A stretch of 64,000 nucleotides of DNA, from NCBI GenBank assembly GCA_965223845.1, contig CBDCXR010000004.1, positions 768,001-832,000 of the forward strand, given 5' to 3'. The translations under genes and the position numbers were made by a program. This DNA comes from Planctomycetota bacterium. GTDB lineage: Bacteria; Planctomycetota; UBA8108; SXIK01. Shown here piece by piece: positions 9,909-18,637 of the stretch (positions within the stretch are counted from its first letter, which is position 1; each line of letters starts with the position of its first letter). The notes under the pieces were generated by a model that was not told the origin of the DNA, made no database searches, and worked only from the letters and a program-made list of their open reading frames with translations.

Positions 9909-10778
9909 ATGCCGGACCGCCGGGTTCACATCGCCGTACTCGTCGCCGCCGTCGTCTTTCCGCTCTCGCCATCGCCGTCGACCGCGGGAACGTTTCTTCG
10001 GGGCGAGGTCGACGGGCGCTTCCGCCTCAGCGTCACGGACGCCGTGCACGTTCTCCAATTCCTCTTCTCGGGTCGAACGCTCCCGTGTGAGGACGCCGCC
10101 GACTTCGACGACAGCGGACGCATCGAGATCAGCGACGCCGTCTCGATTCTCCGGTTCGTGTTCGCGGACGGACCGCCCCCGGCGCCGCCCTACCCGGAGC
10201 GGTGCGGAGTCGACCCGACCGAGGATGCGCTCGACTGCGAGACGAGTTTCTTTTCCGGGGACGGATTCGTCTTCGTGATCGATCGCTCCAGCGGCTTCCG
10301 AGCGAGCGGCGGGCTCGCGGCGGCGAAGCGAGAGGTGCTGGGAACGGTGGAAGCGCTCTCGAGCTGCACGCGGTTCGGCGTCGTTTACTTCGACCGCGGA
10401 GTGCTTCGGTATCCATCGTCGGGCATCCCCGTCGCGGGGTCGGGAGAGAATCGCGAATCCGGCGCGGCCTGGGTCGAGGCGGTCGGCGCCGGGAGCGGCA
10501 CCTGCGTTCAGGCGGGGCTTCTCGCTGGGATCGACATGGCGACCAAGGCGGACACTCAGCGGACGGTGATCACTTTCTTCGGCGACGGCAGCGGCACTTG
10601 CCCGGGGTCGAATGAAGCCGCTTACCTCGAGGCGACTCTCACCGCCGTGGCGGAGTCGAACGACGGGCGATTCCCGATCAACGTCGTCGGGCTCACGACG
10701 TCCTCCGGCAACCAGCGTGCGTTCCTGCAGCGCCTCGCCGCGCAGAACGGGGGGACGTTCAGCGTCATTCGCCCGTGA
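9909..10778 (+). CDS. Exported protein: N-terminal dockerin-like domain + vWA-like domain
   Basis: RBS GAGGAGGAG; signal peptide; FLRGEVDG..TDAVHVLQFLFSG..CEDAADFDDSGRIEISDAV; vWA motifs FVIDRSSG, GSGT, FFGDG, INVVG, FLQRLAAQNGGTF. Confidence 0.8.
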   Translation: MPDRRVHIAVLVAAVVFPLSPSPSTAGTFLRGEVDGRFRLSVTDAVHVLQFLFSGRTLPCEDAADFDDSGRIEISDAVSILRFVFADGPPPAPPYPERCGVDPTEDALDCETSFFSGDGFVFVIDRSSGFRASGGLAAAKREVLGTVEALSSCTRFGVVYFDRGVLRYPSSGIPVAGSGENRESGAAWVEAVGAGSGTCVQAGLLAGIDMATKADTQRTVITFFGDGSGTCPGSNEAAYLEATLTAVAESNDGRFPINVVGLTTSSGNQRAFLQRLAAQNGGTFSVIRP

Positions 10779-12067
10779 GCGGAGTGAAGAGTCTCGGGGG
10801 TGCGGTCGCCCTCGTCGCGGCGGTTTCGGTCGCCGGACCGGGTGCGGCCGATCAGGTGACGCGCTCGAGCTCCGTCCCCTTTGCGCTCGAACTCACGACC
10901 GCCCACCGGGGTTTCGACGGCCGAACCTGCTGGGTGCACGCCCGAGCCGGTGCGATTCCACCGCACTCGCCCGGAAACGCAACGGCACGTCCGCTCGTGG
11001 TCGTCACGATGCAGAAACTCCTGCTTTCGCGCTCCGACGTTTTCTACGGCATTCACGACACGCTCTCGTCGGACTTGGGTGTCCGATGGACGCCTCCCCG
11101 GGCGCTCGCGACCCTCGATCGTCGGTCGACATCGCCCGGAGTCGTCGCGGTGCCCTGCGATTTCACGCCGAAGTGGCACGCGAAGACCGGCCGCCTTCTC
11201 GGGACGGGCGCGACCTTTTCCTACTCGATCGAAACGAACGACCACGTGCCGCACACGCCGAGCGTCACGCCGTACTCGGTCTACGATCCGGTCGGACGAA
11301 CTTGGAGCGAGTGGAAGTCGCTCGAAATGCCGAAGGAGCCGCGGTTTGAATACGCGCGCGCCGGATGTACGCAGCGGTTCGACCTTCCGAACGGCGAGAT
11401 CCTTCTGCCGATCTACTTCAAGCCGCGACGGGAGAAGTTGTCGACGGCGACGGTTCTGCGGTGCGAATTCGACGGTGAGGTGCTCCGCTACGTCGAGCAC
11501 GGAGACGAGTTCACGCTCCCGTTCGGGCGAGGTTTCTCCGAGCCGTCACTCACGAAGTTTCGCGGTCGATTCTATCTTACGCTGCGAAACGATCGTGCCG
11601 GCTACGTGACGAGCGGGCGGGACGGACTGAGATTCGCTAAGCCGCAAGTCTGGCGCTTCGACGACGGCACCGAGCTCGGCAGTTACAACACGCAGACGCA
11701 CTGGGTGACGCACTCCCGCGGTTTGTTTCTGGCGTACACGCGGCGAGGTGCGAAAAACGACCACGTGTTTCGTCACCGGGCGCCGCTCTTTCTGGCCGAG
11801 GTCGATCCCGAGCGGCTCGTCGTCCGGCGGGGAGCGGAGCGCGTTCTCGTTCCCGAGCGCGGCGCTCGGCTCGGCAACTTCGGTGTGGTCGATGTGTCCC
11901 GCGACGAGACGTGGGTGATCGTCACGGAGTGGATGCAGCCGAGCGGTGTCGAGCGCTATGGGAGCGACGGGAGCGTTTTCGTCGCGAAGATCCGTTGGGG
12001 GGAGCCGAACGAGAACGTCGAAGCTCGCACGGCAGACTCCGCCGCAGCCGGCGCGGGCGACCGATGA
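10775..12067 (+). CDS. Exported sialidase/BNR-family beta-propeller glycoside hydrolase
   Basis: GTGA overlap with upstream gene; signal peptide; Asp-box-like SSDLGVRW and GRDGLRF; motifs AGCTQR, SEPS, SYNTQTHW, RHRAPL, RLGNFG of planctomycete sialidase-family proteins. Confidence 0.75.
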   Translation: MSGVKSLGGAVALVAAVSVAGPGAADQVTRSSSVPFALELTTAHRGFDGRTCWVHARAGAIPPHSPGNATARPLVVVTMQKLLLSRSDVFYGIHDTLSSDLGVRWTPPRALATLDRRSTSPGVVAVPCDFTPKWHAKTGRLLGTGATFSYSIETNDHVPHTPSVTPYSVYDPVGRTWSEWKSLEMPKEPRFEYARAGCTQRFDLPNGEILLPIYFKPRREKLSTATVLRCEFDGEVLRYVEHGDEFTLPFGRGFSEPSLTKFRGRFYLTLRNDRAGYVTSGRDGLRFAKPQVWRFDDGTELGSYNTQTHWVTHSRGLFLAYTRRGAKNDHVFRHRAPLFLAEVDPERLVVRRGAERVLVPERGARLGNFGVVDVSRDETWVIVTEWMQPSGVERYGSDGSVFVAKIRWGEPNENVEARTADSAAAGAGDR

Positions 12068-13077
12068 GCGAGGCGATCGAGCCCTCTCGCTCGCTACCGA
12101 TCGTCGATGTGGCGCCCCTCGTCTCGACGGATGCCCCCGAGCGAGACGTCAGCACGGTCGCGGCCGCCATCGGACGCGCGTGCCGCGATCGCGGTTTCTT
12201 CTACGTCGTCGGGCACGGCGTCGAGGCGACGCTCGGGTCGCGCCTCGAGGATCTCAGCCGCGCATTCTTCGCACAGGATCTCGACACGAAGCTCGCGCTC
12301 GACATGAAGCAGAGCGGTCGAGCCTGGCGCGGGTATTTCCCGGTGGGGCGCGAGCTGACGAGCGGGAAACCAGATCAGAAGGAGGGCCTTTATTTCGGGG
12401 CGGAGCTCGACTCCGTTCACCCTCGAGTCCGCGCTGGCACGCCGCTACACGGCCCGAACGTCTATCCCGACGTCTCGGGGTTCCGCGAAGTCGTGCTCGA
12501 ATACCTCGCGGCTCTCGAAGGACTCGGTCACGCGCTCATGGAAGGGATCGCGCTCAGTCTCGGGCTCGCGCGGAGCTATTTCTACGATCGCTACACGCGC
12601 GACCCGCTCATCCTCTTTCGCATTTTTCACTATCCTCCTCTCGCGTCGGGGACGCCGGCGGACCAGTGGAGCGTCGGCGAGCACACCGACTACGGTCTGT
12701 TGACGATCCTCCGCCAAGACGAGGTCGGCGGGTTGCAGGTGAAAAGCGCGGGAGATTGGGTGAGCGCGCCGCCGATCCGCGGCTCTTTCGTTTGTAACAT
12801 CGGCGACATGCTCGACCGGATGACGGGAGGGCTCTACCGCTCGACGCCGCACCGCGTATTGAACGTGAGTGAACGCGGACGCTTGTCGTTTCCGTTTTTC
12901 TTCGATCCCGACTGGGCGGCGGACGTTCGGCCGATCGCGACGACCGCAGTGATCGACGATGATCGACGCGAACGCTGGGACGCGAGCAGTGTTCACGAGT
13001 TCAGCGGTACGTACGGCGACTACCTTCTCCGCAAGGTGGGGCGCGTGTTTCCGGCGCTCAGCGACGACGTTCTCTGA
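12064..13077 (+). CDS. 2-oxoglutarate/Fe(II) dioxygenase, isopenicillin N synthase family
   Basis: ATGA overlap; DIOX_N LPIVDV..ACRDRGFFYVVGHGV; HTD iron motif, NIGDMLDRMTGG, STPHRV, RLSFPFF. Confidence 0.92.
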   Translation: MSEAIEPSRSLPIVDVAPLVSTDAPERDVSTVAAAIGRACRDRGFFYVVGHGVEATLGSRLEDLSRAFFAQDLDTKLALDMKQSGRAWRGYFPVGRELTSGKPDQKEGLYFGAELDSVHPRVRAGTPLHGPNVYPDVSGFREVVLEYLAALEGLGHALMEGIALSLGLARSYFYDRYTRDPLILFRIFHYPPLASGTPADQWSVGEHTDYGLLTILRQDEVGGLQVKSAGDWVSAPPIRGSFVCNIGDMLDRMTGGLYRSTPHRVLNVSERGRLSFPFFFDPDWAADVRPIATTAVIDDDRRERWDASSVHEFSGTYGDYLLRKVGRVFPALSDDVL

Positions 13078-13472
13078 ACGCCGGCGCGGGCGGGAGGGTG
13101 TACTCCTTTCGTGGTACTCCTCTCAATATCTTCTTGTGATGGGAAGATTGACGACCGACAATTCCTCTCTTCGGAGTTCTAGTTTCGTGCGAGCGAGCGG
13201 CGGACCGGTCCGCGATCGATCCACGGAGTAGTCCCTCAGCAGTTGTTCGGAGGCAGTCGTCGTTCTGGCGTGGTCGCGACAACCTGGTCGCGACGCAGTT
13301 GTGAGATCGGGCCTCTGGGGACCCTGCGCACTCGAGTCGAGTGTCGGTCGTCGCGCGAGCTCTCGTGCGACTCCCGCTCGCGTCGTCGAGTCGCGTTCTC
13401 GGTCGCTCGAGAATTGAGCGGAGTGCGCGCGACGAGTGCGTCCGTGTCTCCGCGACTTAACGGGAGATCACC

Positions 13473-14468
13473 ATGAATCTCGATTCCTGTCGCGAACTGA
13501 AGAAGACCGTCCTCGGCCGAGCGTACCGAGCGATGAGCGAGACGCAGCAAACGCGGAGGTACCTCATCCGAAAGGCGCGATCGAAGGCGAAGAAGGAGGC
13601 GAAGTCCGTCGAGCCGGAGCCGGTCGCCGCCATCGGGGTCGCCCCGTGGGAGGGAAAGAAGCGCGGCTACAAGCTCGCGGTGCGCGTGTTCCGCGGACAC
13701 GAGCGGAATCTGACCCAGCTGCTCAAGGGGCTGGAACGACACCGCGCGGAGGTCGACCTCGTCACGGGCATCCGCTACAAACCGCGCCTCACGGTCCGGG
13801 CCGGCGGGTCGGCCGGCCACTTCAAGATCACCGCGGGAACGCTCGGCGGATTCGTCGAGGACGCGAGCAACTACTACATGCTCTCGAATAACCACGTCTT
13901 CGCGAACAGCAACCAGTGCTTCGAAAGCGACCCGATCGTTCAGCCGGGACCGTCGGACATCACTTCGAGTTTCGACATCATCGGGCGTCTCCACGCCTGG
14001 TTTCCGCTCAGTCGCTCTCGGCGCGATGGAGTGGACGCCGCCATCGCTCGATTCACCGACGAGGTCGATTTTTTCGAGCCGTGGAACTACGCCGGCATCG
14101 GCACGATCCAGCGCCGTCCGGTGTCGAACCGATTCAGCGTGTCTCGCGTGATCAAGCGCGGGCGGACGACCGGCGTCACGCGAGGAACGGTGAGCGCCTT
14201 CGAGCTCGACGGAGTCTCCATCAACTACGGCACGACCGCGGATCCCGCCGTCGTCACCTTCGACGACCAGATCGAGGTCATCGGCTCGCCGCCATCGACG
14301 CCGTTCAGCCAGCCCGGGGACAGCGGATCGTTTATCATCGACCGAGACACGATGCGGCCCTACGCTCTTCTCTACGGTGGGGGCGAGGACAGCGCGGGGA
14401 TCGACCGAACTCTCGCCCACTTCATGCCCGAGGTCCTAAGTAAGATGAACGTCCGACTCGTTCAATGA
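13473..14468 (+). CDS. Cytoplasmic trypsin-like serine protease (S1, Nal1-like)
   Basis: RBS GGGAG; catalytic triad motifs LSNNHVF, GVDAAIA, PGDSGS; GTLGGFV and KRGRTTGVTRG; no signal peptide. Confidence 0.88.
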   Translation: MNLDSCRELKKTVLGRAYRAMSETQQTRRYLIRKARSKAKKEAKSVEPEPVAAIGVAPWEGKKRGYKLAVRVFRGHERNLTQLLKGLERHRAEVDLVTGIRYKPRLTVRAGGSAGHFKITAGTLGGFVEDASNYYMLSNNHVFANSNQCFESDPIVQPGPSDITSSFDIIGRLHAWFPLSRSRRDGVDAAIARFTDEVDFFEPWNYAGIGTIQRRPVSNRFSVSRVIKRGRTTGVTRGTVSAFELDGVSINYGTTADPAVVTFDDQIEVIGSPPSTPFSQPGDSGSFIIDRDTMRPYALLYGGGEDSAGIDRTLAHFMPEVLSKMNVRLVQ

Positions 14469-14698
14469 GCGCCCGAGATCGTTCCATCGTTGCGCTCCGT
14501 GAGGCGAAGGCCGCACTCGTCGAGGAGTTCGGAGAGCGGGAGTGGTTCCGGGGAGCCGGAATCGCTCCCGGTCCGACGGGCCTTCGTCTCCGCCTCAACG
14601 TCGATTCCGAGTACTTGTCGCCCGGGGAAAAGCTGCCCGAGACGTTCCGCGGGCATCCGGTAGAGGTCGTCGAGATCGGGAAGTACGGGCTCCGTTGA
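14465..14698 (+). CDS. Small 77-aa protein resembling the N-terminal domain of Nal1-type proteases
   Basis: ATGA overlap with protease stop; pattern RGAGIA..LRLNV..LPETFRGHPVEVVEIG; normal codon usage. Confidence 0.7.
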   Translation: MSARDRSIVALREAKAALVEEFGEREWFRGAGIAPGPTGLRLRLNVDSEYLSPGEKLPETFRGHPVEVVEIGKYGLR

Positions 14699-14728
14699 GT
14701 CATGCGGCTCAGCTCGCATTCCTCACTC

Positions 14729-14749
14729 CGACTCGATCGCACCGAGTCG
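14729..14749. terminator. Hairpin between convergent genes (possible terminator)
   Basis: CGACTCG-7 nt-CGAGTCG perfect inverted repeat; no U-tract. Confidence 0.25.
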
Positions 14750-14760
14750 CGAGCCGCCGC

Positions 14761-15525
14761 TTAGATTCTTCCCGATTCGAGCATCTCTCGCTTCAGTCGG
14801 TCCTGATACGCCGCGTGCGCGGCCGAGTCTTCCATCGCGCGTTCGGAGTAGTAGATGAATCCGATGGCGCGGCGAGTTCGATCCGGCGAGCGGTTGCGGT
14901 CCGCGCGGTGAATCGTCAGAGCGTGGTGGACGAGTAGATCGCCGGGCTCCGCGGGAATGGCGACCTCTCTCTCGCGATCGTCCGCCGTGCCGAAGTCGCA
15001 GATTCCTTGTGAGAAACCGAGCGTGTCCGTCCGGCCGTGAGGTCGCATGCCCCCCCGGTGGGAGCCAGGGATGTAGCGCACGCAGCCGTTCCCCTCGTCG
15101 ACGGAATCGAGAGCGATCCACATCGTCACGGCTTCGCACGGCGCGAGCATGAAGTAATGGCCGTCCTGGTGCGGCGGTGTCGCCCGACCGATCCCGGGCG
15201 GCTTGTTGAAGTACTGCACGTTTTTCGGAACGACCCCGCCTTCGAGCAACCGCTCGGCGAGTTCGCGCGGGCGGCCTCGGCGCTGCGCTTCACCGAAGAG
15301 TTCGTCGTGCTCGCCGAGCTGCTGAATCTGCTTGAGCGTCGCCGGGTCGTTTCGATTCTCGAAGAAGACGTGCTCTCGCGGAAGGCTGTCGAGCCGGTCG
15401 CGGATCAAGCGCTCCACTCCGGCTCGCCACGCGTCCACCTCGGCCGTCGAAAGGAAACCGGGAAGACGGACGTAGCCGTCTCGGCGAAAGTCCTCGCGCA
15501 GAGCGTGCGCGTCTCGCGTCGTCAT
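14761..15525 (-). CDS. Phytanoyl-CoA dioxygenase (PhyH) family protein
   Basis: ATG 15525 with RBS GGAGGT; FRRDGYV, KPPG..TPPHQD, WIALD..NGCVRYIPGSH, PGDLLVHHALTIH..NRS..RRA. Confidence 0.9.
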   Translation of the reverse strand: MTTRDAHALREDFRRDGYVRLPGFLSTAEVDAWRAGVERLIRDRLDSLPREHVFFENRNDPATLKQIQQLGEHDELFGEAQRRGRPRELAERLLEGGVVPKNVQYFNKPPGIGRATPPHQDGHYFMLAPCEAVTMWIALDSVDEGNGCVRYIPGSHRGGMRPHGRTDTLGFSQGICDFGTADDREREVAIPAEPGDLLVHHALTIHRADRNRSPDRTRRAIGFIYYSERAMEDSAAHAAYQDRLKREMLESGRI

Positions 15526-15661
15526 GGAGCACCTCCGCTGCTCTCGATCCATCGGCCTCGCCTCGAATCGAGGCTCGGAACGGCGGAGTCAATCTATCGA
15601 AGATTGCGCGCGAGCGCCGCTGCGAACGCGAGGAGGAGCGGCCGCCGCACCGAGAGCCTGC

Positions 15662-16567
15662 CTACGCCGGCACCGGCTCCTTCGCGAGGACGGCGTGGAT
15701 GACGAGTGCGAGAAGGCTCGTGGGCGCAGTGCACGATACGCCCGATTGGCGGCGCCGAATGAGGACGAGGCCGCGCTCGACTCCCAGGTCGAGGCGCCAA
15801 GACTCCTGTACGCCGTCCGTCTCGTCGGGTGTGGGCGGCGAGCAATCGCTCGGCACCGGCGTCCACCGGTCGGTGAGCGCGTGTACGTGGGCGAGCCACG
15901 GCTCGTGCTCGACGGCCGAGTCGGTATCCCAACCCCAGAGGGGAGAAAACGTGGCGTCCGCGCCGTCTGCATCCCAGGCCGCGCCGGCGTGAACGTTGAA
16001 GTGCATCGCGAAGAACGGCTCGACGAGACCGATCGCTTCCTCGCGGGTAGCGGCCTTGGTCACCGCGCGCGCGAGTTGCTCGAGCTCGTTGTAATAGTCG
16101 AGTCCGACCCAGCCCGGATCCGTGGTGGACACGGTGAGATGGGTCGGCGTGCGAGCGAGAGCGAGATTCATCACCGAGAGGAGGTCACGGTCGAAATCGA
16201 GAATCGGCTTCGTGATGTAGTCGAACGCGCCGAGGCGAAGCGCTTCGATGGCGCTGTTTACGCTGCCGCAGCCGGTCGCGATGATGATCTCGACGTTCGG
16301 GTCCGCACGCTTGAATCGGCGGAGCAGCTCGAGACCGTCGATCTCGGGCATCGCCAGATCGAGAAGAACGAGATCGAACGCGCCCGATTCAAAGATCGAC
16401 AGCGCGGAATTGGCGCCGTCCGCTGCTGCCACGTCGAAGCCGTGCGATTGCAGGTACAGCTTGAGAGCCTCGCGGATGAAAGCTTCGTCATCGACGACGA
16501 GCACGCGCTGCCGGACGTCGCTGCCGGCGACGTCGAGAGCGGGCTCGGGTTCGCGGTGCTGGGTCAC
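15662..16567 (-). CDS. Response regulator (N-terminal receiver + uncharacterised C-terminal domain)
   Basis: VLVVDDE, LLDLAMPEIDG, ATG, GAFDYITKP; GTGA overlap with upstream gene. Confidence 0.88.
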   Translation of the reverse strand: MTQHREPEPALDVAGSDVRQRVLVVDDEAFIREALKLYLQSHGFDVAAADGANSALSIFESGAFDLVLLDLAMPEIDGLELLRRFKRADPNVEIIIATGCGSVNSAIEALRLGAFDYITKPILDFDRDLLSVMNLALARTPTHLTVSTTDPGWVGLDYYNELEQLARAVTKAATREEAIGLVEPFFAMHFNVHAGAAWDADGADATFSPLWGWDTDSAVEHEPWLAHVHALTDRWTPVPSDCSPPTPDETDGVQESWRLDLGVERGLVLIRRRQSGVSCTAPTSLLALVIHAVLAKEPVPA

Positions 16568-17631
16568 GGCCGGTCGCTCCCCGCCGGTCCATGTCCGGTC
16601 AGACGGTCGATGATCGCTGCCAGATCGTCGATGGGGATGCGTTCGTCCCCTCCGCCGGCCGCGCGCGCGTTCCCGCTCGCGGGAGACGCGCTCTCGCCGG
16701 ATCCCTGGCCCGCGCTGTCGAGGGAAGAGAGGACGCTTTCCCGGACCCGTCCGGCGACTTCGCGAGCAATCTCGAGCGTGACGTGCTGTGGGATCGCGAC
16801 GCCGTCGCCGGAGCCGGCTGGGCGGCTGAGGTGTTCTTTGAGGAGCGTCACGAGCTCCCCGATCTGGTCTTGAAGGTCCGCCCCTTCGGGTGGACTCGCG
16901 CTTTCGCCCGCGTGTGAACCTGCGCTCTCGGAGAGCGGTGTCGAGCGGCGTTCGTTCGACCCGGGAGATCCGCTCTTCTTGCGCGCGAAGCTGCGGGCCG
17001 CGCGCCGAAAAAAACCGGCGCGGGCCGGCTCGGTCGTCGATTCGAGCGGCGGCGGTGCCGATTCACCGGTCGTTTCACCGGGCGGAGCGGTGTCGACCGC
17101 ACCGTCGTCGGGCACGGCCGGGACCGCGGCATCCGTGGCGGAGTCAATCCGCTCGACGCCGGCGAGTTCGTTCGAGCGACGCGTTTCCGGCGCGGGCTCG
17201 GAGGCGCGGACCACCGATGGCGCCAGCGCTTTCGGGCGTCGCGCGAGCGCGGTCTCCCGATTGGAGGCGACCGCTTTCCCGTCCGCGACTTGATCGGTCG
17301 GTGATCGATCCGCTGAAGCGGGTCGGTCGTCCGCTCCCGGCGACGGCGCGCTCGCGGCGTCTTCGCACGGATCGGCTTTTGCGCGCGCGCTCGACTCGCT
17401 CCATGCCGCGCGCGCTGCGTCGAGGTCAGGGAGATTCAGTCGACCGAGCGCGGCTTCGAATTCGTCCGGCTGGAGGTGTTGCCGCCATTCGGCGAGCGCG
17501 GACCCGAGCTCGCGCCACTCTCGCTTCGCCTCGGAGAACAGTCGCCTCAGCTCCGCCACCTTCGCGGTGCGATCGCCGCGTTCGGAAGGAGACTTCGTGT
17601 CGTTCGAGGGACAGCGCGCGCCTGGTTCCAT
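16564..17631 (-). CDS. Hypothetical protein with long Pro/Ala/Ser/Glu-rich disordered centre and helical ends
   Basis: Fills the space between a promoter and the response regulator, to which it is translationally coupled; amphipathic N-terminal helix and C-terminal RIPIDDLAAIIDRLTG. Confidence 0.7.
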   Translation of the reverse strand: MEPGARCPSNDTKSPSERGDRTAKVAELRRLFSEAKREWRELGSALAEWRQHLQPDEFEAALGRLNLPDLDAARAAWSESSARAKADPCEDAASAPSPGADDRPASADRSPTDQVADGKAVASNRETALARRPKALAPSVVRASEPAPETRRSNELAGVERIDSATDAAVPAVPDDGAVDTAPPGETTGESAPPPLESTTEPARAGFFRRAARSFARKKSGSPGSNERRSTPLSESAGSHAGESASPPEGADLQDQIGELVTLLKEHLSRPAGSGDGVAIPQHVTLEIAREVAGRVRESVLSSLDSAGQGSGESASPASGNARAAGGGDERIPIDDLAAIIDRLTGHGPAGSDRP

Positions 17632-17727
17632 CTTCGCCTTTCTCGGAGCGGATGGACGCAGGGCGATGGATCTGTTCTCGGCTGCCGACGGTGCTCGAGC
17701 GAATCCACGGCCTCCCTACGTCAGAGA

Positions 17728-17756
17728 AATCTATCCCGAAATCGCCGAGTTGTCAC
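17728..17756 (-). promoter_or_regulatory. Putative sigma70-type promoter
   Basis: Minus strand GTGACA-17 nt-TAGATT about 95 nt upstream of ATG 17631. Confidence 0.45.
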
Positions 17757-17951
17757 AGCGGACGACCCTCGTGTACCGATCCTGGACACGATTCCGAGTT
17801 CTGTTCTCTGCCGGCGCGGTTCGCTGTGGAAGTGCTGGCGCTGCGGGGAGATCCCGGCGTGCGCATCGGGTGCGAGTGCCGCGGCGCCGGTCGAGCTTCC
17901 GCCTACCGTTTTCGGAAGGTCTTTCGCGGTTTTTGCGTGGCGGGGAAAGAG

Positions 17952-17967
17952 CGGTCCGCGGCTTGCT
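17952..17967 (+). promoter_or_regulatory. Weak candidate sigma54 -24/-12 promoter
   Basis: CGGTCC-GCGGC-TTGCT (GG-N10-GC) about 130 nt upstream of ATG 18095. Confidence 0.3.
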
Positions 17968-18094
17968 ACGGAGGGTATCTTGTCCCTTCGATCCGACGCG
18001 TTCCGTGACGGGCAGCCTCGGATCTCTCGCTCACGGTCGTCCGTCCGACGTCGGGCGTCCGTTTCGCTTCGATCGCAAACCCCTAGGTCCCGAC

Positions 18095-18607
18095 ATGGCC
18101 GAGCCGAATCCATCCCACCAATCCAGAATCTTCTTCGAGGAGGTGAGCGGGAACGCTGGTGATTTCCTCCACGAGCTCAGCGATCCAAACCTCCTGCGCA
18201 ATCGTGAGATTCCCGTGTCGGCCAAGACCGAGCTGCGCCGCCATCAGGTCGCTCGCCTCCAAGCGACCATCTCCGTCCTCTCGGAGAAGCGTCGGGAGTT
18301 CAACCGTCGCATGGACGAGTATGTGCAGAACCTCGAGAAGCTCGTCGAGAATCTCGAGTCGGAGCTTCCGATCGAGCCCGAAGCTGAGGATGCGACGGAC
18401 TCGAGTGGCTGCACGCGCGTGTGCTGCCTACACTGCGAAACGGAGCGCTGCTTCGAGGAGCTCAATGTCGTCTTCGCGCGAGAGTCCGAAGAGTCGCTCG
18501 AGCAACCGACGGAGCTCTACGTGCTCGAAAAGGGCAGCTTGAAGAAGGGCCACTTCCGCTGCGTGGTGTGCGGCACCGAGAGCCTGGTGATCAAGGCGGC
18601 TACGTAA
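18095..18607 (+). CDS. Hypothetical coiled-coil protein with C-terminal zinc ribbon
   Basis: From MAEPNPSH; heptad region RLQATISVLSEKRREFNRRMDEYVQNLEKLVENLE; CLHC..CVVC pairs. Confidence 0.75.
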   Translation: MAEPNPSHQSRIFFEEVSGNAGDFLHELSDPNLLRNREIPVSAKTELRRHQVARLQATISVLSEKRREFNRRMDEYVQNLEKLVENLESELPIEPEAEDATDSSGCTRVCCLHCETERCFEELNVVFARESEESLEQPTELYVLEKGSLKKGHFRCVVCGTESLVIKAAT

Positions 18608-18637
18608 CCGAGTCGTCGTCGCGGGCGGGCGAGATCG

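Noticed and set aside
12064-13077. Beta-lactam biosynthesis suggested by the IPNS-family call
   Set aside because: No ACV synthetase or NRPS; the family is widespread with other substrates
13327-13440. Overlapping inverted repeats upstream of the Nal1-like protease (CGCACTCG/CGAGTGCG, TCGTCGCGCG/CGCGCGACGA)
   Set aside because: Built from the genome's commonest palindromic words; no recognisable RNA family
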